Shown: positions 24,193-38,099 of the stretch, piece after piece | How positions within the stretch are numbered: the stretch's first letter is position 1 | How the letters are laid out: each line of letters begins with the position of its first letter | From: Amoebophrya sp. A120 | Lineage: Eukaryota > Protista > Dinoflagellata | Direction of reading: 5' to 3' | Assembly: GCA_905178155.1 (NCBI GenBank) | Contig: CAJINV010000003.1 | Coordinates: 7,797,882-7,861,881, forward strand | DNA length: 64,000 bases | Position numbers and translations under genes: made by a program | Notes under the pieces: generated by a model | Databases searched by the model: none | The model's input: the letters and a program-made list of their open reading frames with translations, nothing else | What the model was told of the DNA's origin: nothing

Positions 24193-27100
24193 CTAATCTA
24201 AGTCGGGTTTATCCCATCTCAATTTTTCCTTTTTTTCCAGATAACCGTAGTAGTGTTTTGACGTCCGTCCCATGACGATGTGGTCGAGACGCTCCTTCGG
24301 CTCATCGAAATAGTAGCGCTGACCGCGGCAGCAGTTTTCGTTGATACAGGCAACCACGGTGTGGGCGTAAAACCACTCCTGCGGCCGCTGCTTGCGCTTC
24401 CGTTGTTGCTCCATCCTCCGAAGGTGCGCGGCCGATGCCGGACGTCGGTGCGGTCCAGCTGTGCCCGCTGGAGTGGACTTCTTATCTGTTTCCGCAACGT
24501 TTCCCCCCTCATTGGCATCGTCCTCGTTTTGTTTTCCCGACTCGTGGATGGTGGAGAGGAGCGTGGATATTGTGTCCTTCAACTGTCCTTGTAGCGGTTG
24601 TCTCTCCATGGAGTTCAGAAAGTCGTACGCGATGTCGCGTTTGACTTTCTTGATGGGTGGCAAGGCGGAGGACGCTGCACTTCCCGGCCGTGTTCGTGGT
24701 GCGGTTGAGGGACGACTGCTGCTGCTCGTCTTCAAAAGCGCACCGCGCGCCTGTGATGTTGCGGACTGCGGCCGCGAGGGGGACCGCATTGGACTTCCAG
24801 CAGAGAAGGGCGACAACGGCGCTGACTGCGCTGGGGCTTTATGCCGGTCGATCTTGATGCTCATGCCCTTGGAAACCTTGACCTGGTGCCGCGCGGCCCG
24901 TACGCGAGCCGCCGCTAGCTTTTCGTGCCAGAACATTTCCCGTTTTGCGTAATTCACATCCTTCTCTTCGCCCTTCTTGGTCACCTTTCGCATGGCCTCT
25001 TCGTCTGCGTTCGGCATCAGCAAAGCCGTGAAACCTCCGCGCCGGGCCCGCAGCTCGCGCCGCATCTGCCGCACCTCCGACACCTTGACCTCGTCTGGAC
25101 AAAATTTCTGCGCGCCGCCGCTTTTGAAAAACGAACGAAGCGCCGCGGCTCCCCCACCCAGGTGGGCGTCGAATTCGTTGCCGAAAAGCGCGTCGTCTCC
25201 GTCAAGATCATACGCGAATTCATCGTCTTCATCCGCTTCCTCTTCGGGTTCTTCCGGAGCGGCCCTCGTGTCGTGCCTTGTAGCGGCCGTCAGGGAGTGT
25301 GTTCTGCTCCCCCCGTGTGGCCGAGCACTCTGCGGACGCTTGCTCACCACGGCCAGCGCCGTTCCACTCAGCTCTTCGCGACGTGCCGAGGGCGGCGACA
25401 GCGGTGCGGGGGTTTTTGCCTGCGCCTCCCGCTCGATGTTCTCCGCGATGCTTTTCGACAAGACACGGTCCGCGACGTCCTGCACCAACTCAGCCTTGTC
25501 CTCATCGTCGCTAGCGCTAGTACCCGCGTTGGCTACAATCTCGTGCAGTTCACTTCCGTTTCGCAGATTTATTTTCTCAGCCGCCGGCGCGGCGGGACTG
25601 CGCGGACGGCCTCGTCCGGTGCGCCGGCCGACGGAAGCGAATTCGTCGTCCAGGTCGGTGTCTGTTCCCGCTGCTGCCAGCAGGTTCGGCGACCAGGGTT
25701 CGTTGGTCACGGGTTCCCCCCGCATCCCGGCCAGAGTGCTTGACAGAACGCGATTTGCCACTTCCTGAACAAGGTCCTCTTTTCGTTCCGCCGCATCGAG
25801 CGTGGGACTAGCATGAACACGTTCGGGCAGCGGAGGTGCGGTCTCAAACCCGACCCGAATTTGGCCCGGGTTTTCCGTGGTTCGCGCAACTAATTGGTAC
25901 CGCTCCGCGGAGGTTTCGTTACCGTCCGATTGCAGCTTCGGGACACTCGCAAGCACAGCGGATTGCGGCCGCGTTCGAACGGACGCGGGAGCGGGTCGCG
26001 GAGACGGGGATCGCGCAGACGCGGGGCGAGAACGGTTGAACGTGGCGATCTGCTGCGAGGCTGCCACCTGCGACTTGATCAAAGACTTCGTGATGGTGAA
26101 CGCTCCCGGGGGCGGTCGACGGCTAGACGCCGGGCGGGAGGAAGCCGCGGTCGTCGTGCCGTCTTCGTCGAAAAACCGTTCGGCCACCTTGGATTCTGTT
26201 TTCTGTTGCGCCAGCCCCCGAAACAACAATTTGGAATACAGTTCGGGCTCGATGTCGCGCATGTTGAACTTCTTCATAAGGCTGCCACCGGACGTGTGGG
26301 CGACCTGGTGCGCTCGTGGGGAAAAATCAGGGGGACGCACCAGATTCGGCGGCTTCTCCCGTCGGTTCCGTGGTGCTCTACCGCCGGGCACGGCAGCTCC
26401 GTCCTTGTCGTTGTGCATCGCGAGCATCTCTTTGATCTGATCCCCGACGCTTTTGCGCTCCGGTGCGCGGTTACAGGGAAGGGGCAGAAAGATCTCCACT
26501 TGGTTTTGCCTAGCCGTGGACAAGCCGAGCTGCGTGGCCGATTCCGGCCGAGCGTTGGAGGACGCTGGGCGGGCGGTGGTGGACGAGGTCGGTCGGGAAG
26601 TGACTCGACTATTGGGGTTGTTGTAGTCACGACTGGCTTCGGCTTGCAAATGCACTTCTTCGTCGTCGTAAACGTACTCGTCGAAGTCTCGTTGCAGACT
26701 TTCGATGTCGTATTGCTCCTCCTTGCTGGTGGATTTCCGTGTTTGCGGCGACGGGCTTCTTCTGCGCACGAAGACGAGATCACCGACTCCACAAGGCGAA
26801 AGGACTCGGTCCTCCGGGGCGACCGGCAGTGTGCTGCTCATGGGTCGCTTTTTTCGCTTTTTGTTTCCGACAACCAACAACGTAGATTGTTCAACAAAGG
26901 TCGTGTGCTCAGACGTAGCGTCGGAGTCGGGCTCCCCGCTACGTGGAGGCGGACGGTTGTGCGCGACATCAGTCGCGACCGCGCCCTGTGCACGATCGCG
27001 CGCAGTACCGGCCGAGATTGCTCGGCGCTTGTTCCTGGGGGAAGTTGACGAGGAGTCGCCGGCTGTTCCTTCTTCTGCCGGAGCCGGATCGTCTTTCGTC

Positions 27101-29891
27101 GGACTACTCACGTGCACCGCACTTTGCGGCCTCCGCTTCCCTGGTCGAGTACTGCTTTTCGGCCGGTCGGTTCGGGGTGGGGAGCGCTGCCGGGGCGGGG
27201 AGCGCCGATAGGTTTTCTGAAGTTCGGGTCGATGCGCAAGCAGATCATAGCTTCGCGCACACAGCGCTGCTCGCGCTTCGCGTGCGTAGGCCAGAAAGGC
27301 GGGGGGCGCGGTAGTGGGACGGCTGGGATGCGATCTTGTTTTTGACGGAGACTGTGACTGACTCCGTGATGAGATCACTTGCCGCGGTAGTTCCATGTTA
27401 TGTTGTGGTGGAAGAACCACTTCGGTAATAATTCCGCCTCTCGTAACATCATGGTCGCTGTCGTGTACTATCTGTTCATCCTCAAGCTGCTGTCGGACGA
27501 CGAGCTGCTGCTCCATCGCGTCGGCGGCCGGCGCGTCCTGCAATAGGAGTGGCAGCCCGGCCGCATTCACGGGGCTGCCGTCTCTGCGAGCGATTTCCAT
27601 TAGCCGTTCCTCCTCCTCCCGGCGGAACTCGCCCGCTATGAGGCGGACGTTGCGGGCGTCGTACTGCGCCTCGGCGATGTCAGTGAGCAACTCGTGCGCT
27701 TCGTCCAGGCTCCGCCCCTTCTTTCGCGGCTTCACGGGCCCGACCTGCTGTTTCCCGTCAGGCAACGTCGTGATGGCGGAGCTGAGGCGCTTGAGATACG
27801 CACCGTTGCCCTTCATCCGCTCATCCATCCACTTTTCGCGCGGGTCGACGGGCGGTCGGTTGTCGCGCGTTGGCGCGGGGGCGGACGCCGGCCGGTCCCG
27901 AAACTTCTGCAGCGCCACCTCCTCCGCCTCGGCTGCGTCGAGATCATCCGCGACAAGGCTCAGCGTCCAGGCCACCGGCGCCTTCTGAATCTTCTCATAC
28001 TTCGTCGATAGCCACTCCTTCTTCTGCTCCTCCAGCTCCTCGACTGTGTCGGCTGCAATCATTTTCCCTCCCTCGTCAAACACGACGGAGCTGCTCTTTC
28101 GGCTGTCCATGTAGCCGGATCGCCTGTCGTGCACGCGCCTCCTGGCCAGCGCCTCGTCGACTGCATTCTTGTAGGCCATCTGGTGTGAGAATGTTCGAAA
28201 AAATGATGACTGTGTTGCAGCGGTTGCGCTGCTTCGGCGAGGCGAGCTGAAACTTGACGCTAAGTATCAGACATCACTGATTCGTTCACATGAACGGTGT
28301 CATGTGTGGTCGGGAAGGGATAGAAAAGAAAACCAGAAAACTCGAGATAGAAAATAAAAATAGTAGTGTTCCAGAATATAATTGTACGCTTTCTTCGAGA
28401 TCCGCTCGCTTTTTTATAGCGGTCGGCGTCAGATCTTGCCAGTCAAGCTCCATATTCGTGCGGCGTCTGTTGTACGTTTCTATTTCTTTGGACACATATC
28501 CCGGATTCTCGTTGTGAACTTTTAGGTACTCGCCCGTAGCGTCGATCCGCGAGTCTAGATCTTTGACTGCGTCTGTGGTTTCCGCTGTCTTCATCCGCTG
28601 GAGCTCGAATGCCTGCGTGCGTGCGCCCTTCTTGAGATCCTTGCCGCCATTGCTCGGAAGATCTGGAGAATCTTCGTCGGGTGGGGCATCCTCCAGCTCT
28701 TGCAGTTTCTCCTCCGGATTTTGCCAATCTGGGTCGAATACCTTACGCGAGGTAGATGTTGTTCGTTAGATTAACAAGTACTTCTACACAGGTTAATGAT
28801 ATGAATTTTGATTAGAGTACGAATTCAATAGAAAGATGAAATACACAGGTCAATCATATTTTGAGTACTCTGTCGGTGTCGAGAGAAAATCGGTCCGGTC
28901 CGTGATAGGGAGCGCTGTCTTTCCCTGCAATGACTTCTGCTTTGATCCCCATGGCTTGCGCCAGCTGGATCTTCCGCATGCCCTGTTTCGCCTTTCTCGC
29001 GTGCGCCTGTCGCTGAGCCGCGCGGCGACCCTGCGCGTCGAGGTCCTCTTGATCGAAGGCGTTGTCGATTTTGCCTCCCTCAACGGGCGGGTGCGTGATG
29101 ATGTGTTCCTTCGCGTCTGCGAGAGACATGTCTTTCATACGGCGGGCATCCTCGCGAACCCGGTTCGCGCCGTCCAGCATGAGCAAGCCTCCCACGGCGG
29201 GGTCGTAGTGGTCGTACCAGCGGTAGCCTGCTGACCGGAGCCGCTCCATGGTGTAGTCCCGGTCGTATCATATTCACAAGTGTCCCCACGGCCCCTCTGG
29301 ATGGGAAGCGTCTCTTTCTATTTTTGCAAACGTCCCGAAGAGAGGAAGCATTTGCCACCTTCCAACTATCCGGATCAGGACAAATCTGCAGGACAGAGTA
29401 GCGCAAGTCGAAGTCTGCGTTGCACGGCGCCGCGGTGCAACATACATGGAGGCATACGTCTAAGTCTATGTCTATCATTTAGAAGCTACGTATTAACTGG
29501 TTTAAATTCTGACACAGAATGCGTCACCTTCCTTTCATGCAATACAAAAAGTTATCCGTGCGGAAAGTGTGCAATGCAAACTGTTCGGATTTGGTTTTGT
29601 GGTGGTGGGGTATTTTTCGTGTTGATATCTCGACCGGGTACTTTGCGCCCTCCGGAGCCGTCAGCGAGCTCGGCGTCTGCTGGTTGCCTACCTGCCTTCG
29701 TAGGAAGTTCACCTTCGCACGCTGGTGCGGATCTACACCGGGCTGCTGGTACTCCAGCTCCGCGGGACCGGCTTTGCGGCCCCCGCCTGGTGCCATCACG
29801 TTGTTCACAACGCTATTGGCTTTTCGTAACTTCTTCATGTTCCCACCTGTCGGCAACATCTTTCCTTCGTCCTGCTCTTGGCTGGTGGTTC
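24193..29891 (-). CDS. Very large disordered basic protein with 17 RPx[S/T] motifs, probably cilium/cytoskeleton-associated; further 5' exons likely up to ~30500
   Basis: 1328-aa terminal exon. Upstream exons join via GT-AG introns 28180-28387 and 28742-28868; the intron at ~29265-29545 is unresolved. Confidence 0.7.
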
Positions 29892-30844
29892 TATAAATGA
29901 ATGATGCAATGTTTGTATTTACAAAGAACGGACACTGATCTTTATCAAGAATATAAATTCAGTCGGTTCCGATGAAGCAGGATAGTTTATCCAATAGATA
30001 CGGCTCGGAGCCGTATGGTGCAATTTGTTTATTACATTTATTGCATTTTTTTTGCATTCAACATTTCCAAAAAACGAGTACTACGATAACAATAAGAAAA
30101 GCGATAACTCCACGACGGATCTTCAGCTTGCTCCAATCATAACGAGAGTGAGTGAGAAGAAGCTCGAGTGGCGCAATTCTCTGGAAACACAGACCACGAG
30201 CGACGATTGTCGAGCAAAGTATACGATGACGAATCGAATACGGATGTGGATGTGCTGAAAGACACATTCCCTTCATACATCGTAAAATCCCTACGAAAAT
30301 CGACACGAAACAGAACTTGATCACGCACGAACCTGAATGGGAATGACGAAAGTACGACCCGTCGATTATCATTCCTTCTCGATCTGAATAATCGATCTTG
30401 TCGTGGCGCATTGGCGTGAAGAAATTAACTTCTTGTGTACTTATGTAGCATTGTTTGTTTCTGTCGATTGCGACGGGTCGACGCAAGAGAAAACAAATAG
30501 GTCATCCTTTTTGCGGTTTTTGTCCTCCGGGAAAAGTGAAAGGGACGACTTTTCAAAAAAAAATCTCTGCGTATGGTCATCCGATCTCGTCTCGTGTTGT
30601 TTTTGCGTTGCCCTTTGATTGTCTGCGCTTCGGCCCCCACATGAGAGGCATCGATCTGGAAAGATGCTTCTCGGAAAAGAAAAATTAAGTAGTACAACGG
30701 AAAAAATGACTGCCAATGAACGTATCTATGGGGACACTATTCGCTAAACGTAAAAGTCCAAGTCGTGCATAGTGGCTGGATATTGAAAAAAAAGTAGCGA
30801 GTTGGTTGTATCGTGCTTCCAGCATGGCAAATTTGTTTATGCCC

Positions 30845-33800
30845 TCAGATGCGGACGAGCATTTGCAACAGGGCGTTGCACTGGAATGTGATGAATTTGT
30901 CCGCCCAGTCCATTTTCGCCAGTTTTCCGCTGCTCTCTCGCATGAGGTCCAACTCCTCCATGGTGATGTAGAATGTCAGCAAGTTTCGCCGGGCATTGCG
31001 CTCGTCCTTGTGCATGACCAACACTTCCCACTGGTTGTACACGGTCTTCCCGATGTACTCGCTGATCTGGCGAAACTCCAGGTGCAGATTCCGCACCAGA
31101 TCCGGCGCAATGTGTTCCCCGAGCCGGACCACGATTTTCTTCGCCCGCAGGTACCCGACCGAGTACTGGCGGAACGCCGGCAGGCTGCCGCCCACCTGCT
31201 TTTGCAGCACCTTCTCGATGGAGGGGATTTTCAGCTTCAGGTTGTAGTCCATGCCCTTCTGCCGGATACTCTTCTCGATTGCCCCCAAACGGGCGAATTC
31301 CGAGAGTTCCTCGGTGGTCTGGGCCAGGATGGCCATCTGGCTCCGGTAGGATTCCTTGCTGGCGATCACCTTCTGCTTGCCGTTCTCGACCTGCTCCAGG
31401 TATGCGAAGTGTTCCGCCCGGGCCTGCAGCGCCTCGTCCACGTAAGTGGCGAACTCTTTCTCCTTCACGCCCGCGGTCTTCAGAATATCTAGCACCTTCT
31501 TCGCGCGCTCCAAGCGGTCCGCAAGCTCGTAGTTGGGGGGAATCAGCTGCTGGTAGACGCGCTGCTTTTCCTCGAACTCGTACTTGAGCGATAAAAAGTC
31601 CTTGGACTTGACCTCCGACACGTCGCGGAGCAGCAGCTCCAGAAACCGGAAACCGTCCTGGTCCGAGGGGAGGATGGGTTTCAGCGACGCTTGCGCACCC
31701 TTGGGGAGCTGTGCCGGTGCAGGCTGGTAGGGCTTCACATACCGCACCCCAGAACGCGACTTTTGCCCGGCGCCGGTGAGAAACCGGGGCATGCTCACCT
31801 GGGACTCGCGGCAGAAACACACCTCCCGCATCCGGTTCAGCAGGACCACCTTCTGGTCCTTGGGCAGCACCTTCTTTTTGTCCTCCAGAAGGAACTTTTC
31901 TCGAAACGTGAGGGGCACGGGGCCGGGGAGCGACTGGTCGTCGCCCTCCAAGAGGCGGTAGTGCAGGATGAAGCGGTGGTCCACCGTGAAGTTGTGCATC
32001 GATTCGTTCTGCTCGATCGCGATGATCTTTTCGCGCGGCCAGAGCCGCACCTGCAGGTCCTCGTACCGTTCCGGCCGCTTCTCTCCCGCCTGCACGGAGG
32101 GCACCGGCTGGATGAAGTTGATCAGCCGCTCCAGTACGTCGGTGCCTTTCGGGTCCATCCGAATGTCCACCTCGTGGTCCTCGAGCTCCCCGGCGTGAAA
32201 CTCGTTCTCGTGGATACAGGTGTACATCACGTTGCACATCTTCAGGAGGTCCGAGGTCGCGATCTGGACGTACGCGAGACCCGGGTTGAAGTGCCGCGCG
32301 TACAAATCGATCGTCAGCTCCGTTTCGGTGGAGTCCACCAGGTTTTTGGGGCCCGCAACCCCGTGGGTCAGGACGGAAAGCACGGTCGGGACGACCTGCT
32401 TCGCACTGATGCCGTGCATCAGGTTCTCCGCTGCGTTCCAGTCCCCCGTAACCGTTTTCTTCAGCAGCATGCCCAGCGCTTTCACGTTCTCGTAGAAGTG
32501 CCGCATCATAGCCAACACACGGAGGTTCAGGTTCGGGGCGTTGGGCTTCACGTTGCGCTCCTCGACGAGGATTTTGCGGCACTTCTGCTTTAGCTGCAGC
32601 CGGATGTAGGGGGTCAGCTGGTTCTCCGCTTTGATCAGCAGCGGCGCGACGTAGTGCCCCAGCAGCAGGTTCATCATCGGCATGCAGATCCGCGGATCGG
32701 GGAGGTCTTTTCCCGAGGCCTTGGTGGTGTAGTGGTACGCAATGTCCAGATCTTCGATCACCAAGTAGGCCCGCTGCAACAGGCAGGCCAGGTCGCGGCT
32801 CACCAGATTTGTGAGCTTGTTGAAAAACTGGGGGAAAAAGACGTCCTGCAAAAAGTGCTTCATGTGCTTCCCCGATTCTTGGTACAGGTGCCGCCGCTCG
32901 TCCTCGTCGCCAACGCCCTCCTCGTGCAGCGCAGCGTGCTTGTGACCCGACTGGCTACGGAGCGTCTTCGTTTTGAAGTTGATATCCCAGAAAAATAAAA
33001 AGCTGGCAGAAGCTGGTGCAAGCACTTGCATATACAAAAACTATACGTACAGATGACACACAGGAAATCCTGTCACGCGCGAGCCCATAGCACGCTGGTT
33101 CAGTTACGTATGCGAAGCAGCTTTTTTGCCTATTTTTCTGCATATCGATATACAGATGTGACCTGCCACGCTTTTTTCTGTGGGATAGTTGTAGCATGCG
33201 TCCGCGTCCAGCCCCCAGAAGACGTCTTCCTTCTGCTTGTTCTGGCGCGCAATGGTGTACTGGAAAACGAGGGCGAGCAGGGACTTGTCATTACTCACGT
33301 CCAGGATACGCGAGAAGACGCGCCCATACGCGCTCTTCTGCCCGCCCTCCTGGTGCTCCTCCTCGTTTTCCGTGCCTTTATGCATTGCAAATATCTATGT
33401 CTACGTCTGGAAGGATGCAAGGATTGTCACGCGTGTCTGACCTGACTTAATGCATGTCGAAGAATGTTGAGTGACCAAAGTGGCGTTTCCTGACGCGCCT
33501 CGTCAGTCCGATCGCTCTGTCAATTAGGGTCAGTGCTTGGTGGTCAGTCGGCCAGCGCCCAACTCGCACAAAAGTCACACATAGAAGTAACCAGCGAGCG
33601 ATTACCCGGTCCTCTGCCGGCCCGATTCAGTCCGGCGCGTCCAAGAAGAGATCCTTTTCATGCAAAAACGCAGCTTCGTTTGTCATGCGGAAAACACAAC
33701 ATTTTCGCAACACAAAGCCAAGCAAATATTTTTCATGGCCGGCTGCGCGTTACAGAGCGTTCCCTACTCGTATTCACAGCCCAACACTACACGTTTCCAG

Positions 33801-36800
33801 ACCCAGACACGTTTGCATTGGATAGCCGTGTACTGTCACGTACTCCGCGTTCGCGGAGGGGAACCAGTTCATCCGCCCACAAGCCAGATATTCGAAAAGG
33901 CGCGCCGTCTTGGTAGTGGGCGCGAACAGGTCCTCAAACGTGTTGGTGCAGTCCGCTTCCCAGATCATCACCAGGCGAATCAGTGCTTTGAACACCGTGC
34001 GGACGCGGATGTTCCCGCGGTCCCGGAACAAACACTCGACAAACCGCATCCACAGCGCGTCCAGCTCCGGCTTCGTGTTGGGCATGCGGGTCCCAAGCCG
34101 GGAAATAAAAGCGGGCTGGCTCTGCAGGACGAACATCAATTGGTTGAAGTACATCAACCGGTCCTGCACCTCGGGGTTGATCTTCGTGCGCTGCAAAAAC
34201 TTAGGCTCTCGCTCCGCCACGTCAAGAGCCCGGTACATCTTCGTCAAGTTCTGTTCCAGGGTCTGTTATATTTTCATTCGATTTCGTCTCAGTGTCCACT
34301 TTAATTTTTTGACGCTGCGGCCCGGGCCACTCGGGATGCCGAAATGGATCAATCTAGCTTTATTTGTTCCGATCTTTGTGCAGTGACAGAGTACGAAGAC
34401 GATACGGCAAGGGCACGCAGGGGCAGCAACAAGAGCAATGGAGTATAATATCTGAGCATCGGAGGACCTAATTTAGCACATGTGTATTGCAGGAGCATTT
34501 TAACATTTACTATCATAGCAGAGTATCAAAGCAGAGGAGGCTGCAGGCACCTGCTTGAGTTTGCTGAAGATCCGGTACGGTCCCTGATCCTCATCGAAGT
34601 TTGCGTAGATTTCGTTCATGAAGCGCGAGTATTCCTGCGCCAGCGCGTCTTCCCTCTTCTTCAGTTGTCGCTGCCTGTGGCCAAACGGTTCTTCGAGGAT
34701 CTTTCTTTGCAGGTCTGGGAACGTGGCTCCCGCACCCGCGGCGCTCTTCTGGGCGCTGCCGTCGGCTGCGCCAGACGCGGCGGCCTTCCCTTCCTCTGCT
34801 GGCTCCTCGTCCTCTCGTGGGGTCTTTTGCTCCTCCCCGCCTGGCGAGGTATCGTGAGGAAAAATCCCCCCTCCCCATACCATGAGGAAAGGACGCGGAC
34901 TGTAGTGCTGGGTGGCGTGGGAAGGCCTTGCATCTTCAGCATGACAGAAGGCAGCTGGATGGAATTGGGAAACAGCGTGAAAAATTGCCTGCAAACGAGG
35001 CCACAACTGCGGCGCTTGGCTTCCTAGCAATACAACTCGACTTATGTACTCAAATACAGCTTCACAAATCTCGTTTTCGATATGAGGAGGAGGGATTTTT
35101 CCTTTTGATACGAGGAGGCGTCTCCTTCCGCGTTCTCGTCCCAAGGAGCGATACTGGGGTACCAGGACCAAATGAACTTCTCCTGCTTGCCCTCCTCGAG
35201 CTGCAGCACTAGTCTCCCAGCAAGTCGATTCCCCGCCCCATAGGTCACCCCGCCCGCTGACAAGAGCATGCAGTGAGAACTTCCGCAGCTGGCTTGTACG
35301 AAAGCGTCGGAGTGCCGAATGCGCTCTGGTTCTTCGACGCGTACCTGCTTCCGGCCCAGCCCGAGCTGGCCCTTGCTGTTGTCCCCGAAAACATAGAGGC
35401 CGCCCTCGTGGTCGATACAAAGCGAGAAGAAACCCCCAGCGGTGACGTGGACGATGTTGATCCCCTGAAACTGTTCCACCGCGAAAGGACTCTCCATGTG
35501 GTCGCCCTGCAGTACCATGCGGTCTCGGCCGCACATGTACAGCTCGTGCTGGGTGGTGATGAAGGCCGAGTGGTAACTCCCAAGCGAGAACGACTCCACC
35601 AGTTTGTTACTCCCAAAATCCACCTTCGTTGGCACGTACGCGTTCCGTTTGTGGCCGAGACCCAGCCGGCCGAACCACCCGACGCCGAAGGCGAAGGCCA
35701 TGGCTTTCGCGTTCACAATCGCCGAATGCTGCTGCCCGCATCGCACGGCCACAATCCGGTCCGCGAGCCGAACCTGACGCGGGAGCATCTGCGCCCCCGA
35801 TACCAACGAAGAGCCATGACCCAGTTTACCGTTCTCCGCGTTTCCCCAGGTGTAGAGCTCGCCTGTTGATAAATTTTGTGTGCAAGAAGTCGTCACCATC
35901 ATTATCATCGTTGTCTATGGTGAAGCACACGATGTTGAGGGCTGTGACTCATAGTGGCGAGTTGTATGCTTCACGACTGTACAACTTCTAGCATACAACT
36001 CACTGTGACGCGCTTCGCTCTTGTCTTTCCCGCTGAGATTTCTACTTATTTACTGCCTTCCCTCGTTTCAACTTTAACTTTATTTACGCACATATTCAGT
36101 CCAACTTGTTGGCACTGCTCCGGGCATGACCTGGCGCGCACGATCGATATGACAATCTCAAAATCTGCAATTCATTCTGGAGATATGTACCGCTGGTGAG
36201 TGCGCACATGGAGTGGTCCTCCCCGGCTGCTGCGCACTTGAGATCGATGAGGCTCTCGACGAGCGTGGGCTCGGCGAGGTCGCGGCCGCGTCCCGTACCC
36301 AGCTGCCCGAAGTTGTTTCGGCCCCAGGAGTAGAGAAGCCCACCGCTAATTGCTAGGCAATGCTCGAAGCCACACGCAACCGCTTTGACAGGGGCGGGAA
36401 AAGTGCAGTGCTGAAACGGCTGCGGCACGTCTAGTGTGGAACCGGTGCCCACTTGCCCATAGTCGTTGCTACCCCAGGTGTAGAGGATGCCGTCTTTGGT
36501 GCGCAACGCGGAGAACATGCCACCGCACTCTACCTGCGCCGCGTTCCCCCGAGGGAGGCGCTGGTTCTTTTTCGACCCCAGGAGCTCGTCCTGAAGGAGT
36601 GTGTCGCTCCTGGCCGAGGCCGCCCCCCCGTGCTTGTGCTGCAGCGCGTGCTTCTTCGCCCCGGCCACGCTATGCTCGTGGATGGGCACGCTCCAGCCGT
36701 ACACCTCCCCGGAGCGCTTGACCTTGCAGAGCTTGGGGCGGTAGCGGTCCTCATAGAGTCGCTCGCCTTCCGCGTCGCTATCGTCGGCACGCTTCGCAGT

Positions 36801-38099
36801 GGCGCTGCTGTCTTCGGTCGTGCCCAGGCCGAGCCGGCCCTCGCTGCTCTGGCCCCAGCAAAACAGCTCACCGTCGCTGGACACGGCCACGGAGTGCAGC
36901 GCCCCGGCCGCAATCTGAGTGAACAGCGGGTCCTTCTCGGCCTCCACCTCCGCCTGCACCTGCCGGGGAATGGGGGCCACCAACGCCTCGCCGGGAAAGA
37001 TCAGACCCGTGGCCGCGCCCGCGCCCCACGCCATCACCCGACCCTTCATGGTCAGCGCTAGGGAGTGCAACACGCCAAACGACAACTGCTCGCAGGGCGT
37101 CGCGCGCAGGCCATCCACCTGCTTGGGCACGCACGCGTCATACTCCTGGCCGTGCCCCGTGCGACAGTACCCGCCGTTGCCCCAGGTATACACGCGGCCG
37201 AGGCTGTCGATGCACCCGGAGTGGGATTCGCCGCACTCGATAAAGACGATGTATTTCTCCGCCTGGTCCTCCGATTCATACTCCGTGATGGACTGCGGGA
37301 CCAAGGCGGCCGTGCGGTCGGTACCCAGCCCCAAACGCCCGTTTCCGCCGTGGCCCCAGGCGTAGACGTGCCCCGAGGACGTCAAGGCCAAGCTGTGCTT
37401 CGCGCCCGCGGCCACCTGAATGCACTCGATGTCCTCCAAGTCACGCAACAAATGGGGAACCCAGATGTCCTGCGTGCCCCCGCTTCCGAGGTTGCCGAAA
37501 TTTCCCACGCCCCAACTCATCACTTGCCCGTACTCGGTGAGTGCGAGAGTGTGGTCTGCGCCCGCTGCGACGCGGGCAATCCGGGTGCCAGCAGGCAGCT
37601 CTACTTCTTGTGGGACCAGAGTGGCGTTTTCCACCTTCGGCGCCAGGGGATCGTCCTCCACGCCACCCCCCGTCTCCTCATTAAATTTGGCCACTTTTCC
37701 CTGCGAAATACCCAGCCGACCATGCGTGGAAAGACCCATGCACCATACGCGCCCCCCATCTTGGTCCGGCTTCTTTTCGAGCACCACAGAATGGCTGTGT
37801 CCGCAAGCCACCTCGAAGACCGGCTTTCCCTTGAAAAAATCCACCTGCGTGGGGGCGTTCAAAACTAGTTCCTTGGGAATCTTCTTAAACCCGAGCGCAT
37901 TCTGTTCGTTTCGACCCCAAGCTCGTAACTGCGCGCTCTGCCCTTCCTGCTCGGGCGTGACCAAGGATAAACTTTGCGCAAAACCTGCTGCCAGGCGGCG
38001 CGGCAGACAGAACTGAATTTCGTCCTCGTCCATATGGCTTCTCGGGTTCGGATGCGAGTAACTATCGCCTCCTGCCGCGAAACCGGGCGGAGCCGTCAC
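30845..38099 (-). CDS. RCC1-repeat beta-propeller protein fused to IQGAP-like RasGAP-related (GRD) and RasGAP_C-like C-terminus; start uncertain
   Basis: More than 10 RCC1 repeats (e.g. VAAGAKHSLALTSSGHVYAWGHGGNGRLG). LMYFNQLMFVLQSQPAFISRL and QYSVGYLRAKKIV...ITMEELDLM...FQCNALLQML resemble IQGAP/Gap1 segments. GT-AG introns 35863-36190 and 34263-34550, plus three non-canonical introns. Confidence 0.8.
32983..33187. mobile_element. Family-B introner, 205 bp, 5-bp TSD (GTTGA/GTTGT)
   Basis: Imperfect TIR TATCCCAGAAAAATAAAAAGCTGGCAG vs TATCCCACAGAAAAAAGCGTGGCAG. Removing 32982-33191 (210 nt) joins CYN|FKTK and removes an in-frame stop. Confidence 0.82.
33372..33846 (-). other. Candidate non-canonical intron (GT donor, no AG) with direct repeat TCCG; possibly a decayed family-A introner
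   Basis: TCCG at 33369 and 33844. Removing 475 nt gives ANAE|NEEE in frame; only 4-bp terminal complementarity. A GT-AG alternative also exists. Confidence 0.45.
34849..35111. mobile_element. Family-A introner, 263 bp, 3-bp TSD GAG
   Basis: 33-bp TIR GTATCGTGAGGAAAAATCCCCCCTCCCCATACC, 27/33 match to the other arm. GAG at 34846-48 and 35112-14. Removing 266 nt joins DASS|PGGEE in frame. Confidence 0.9.

Noticed and set aside
29262-29550. Family-A introner in the RPxS-rich gene (GTAT...ATAC ends)
   Set aside because: Probably a non-canonical intron, but there is no TSD and removing element + 3 nt does not restore the frame; junction unresolved.
30837-32582. 581-aa overlapping ORF and many long antisense ORFs (e.g. 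25894-27048, 31691-32593, 2610-3476)
   Set aside because: Shadow frames of GC-rich coding exons with Arg/Gly/Pro-rich, domain-free translations.
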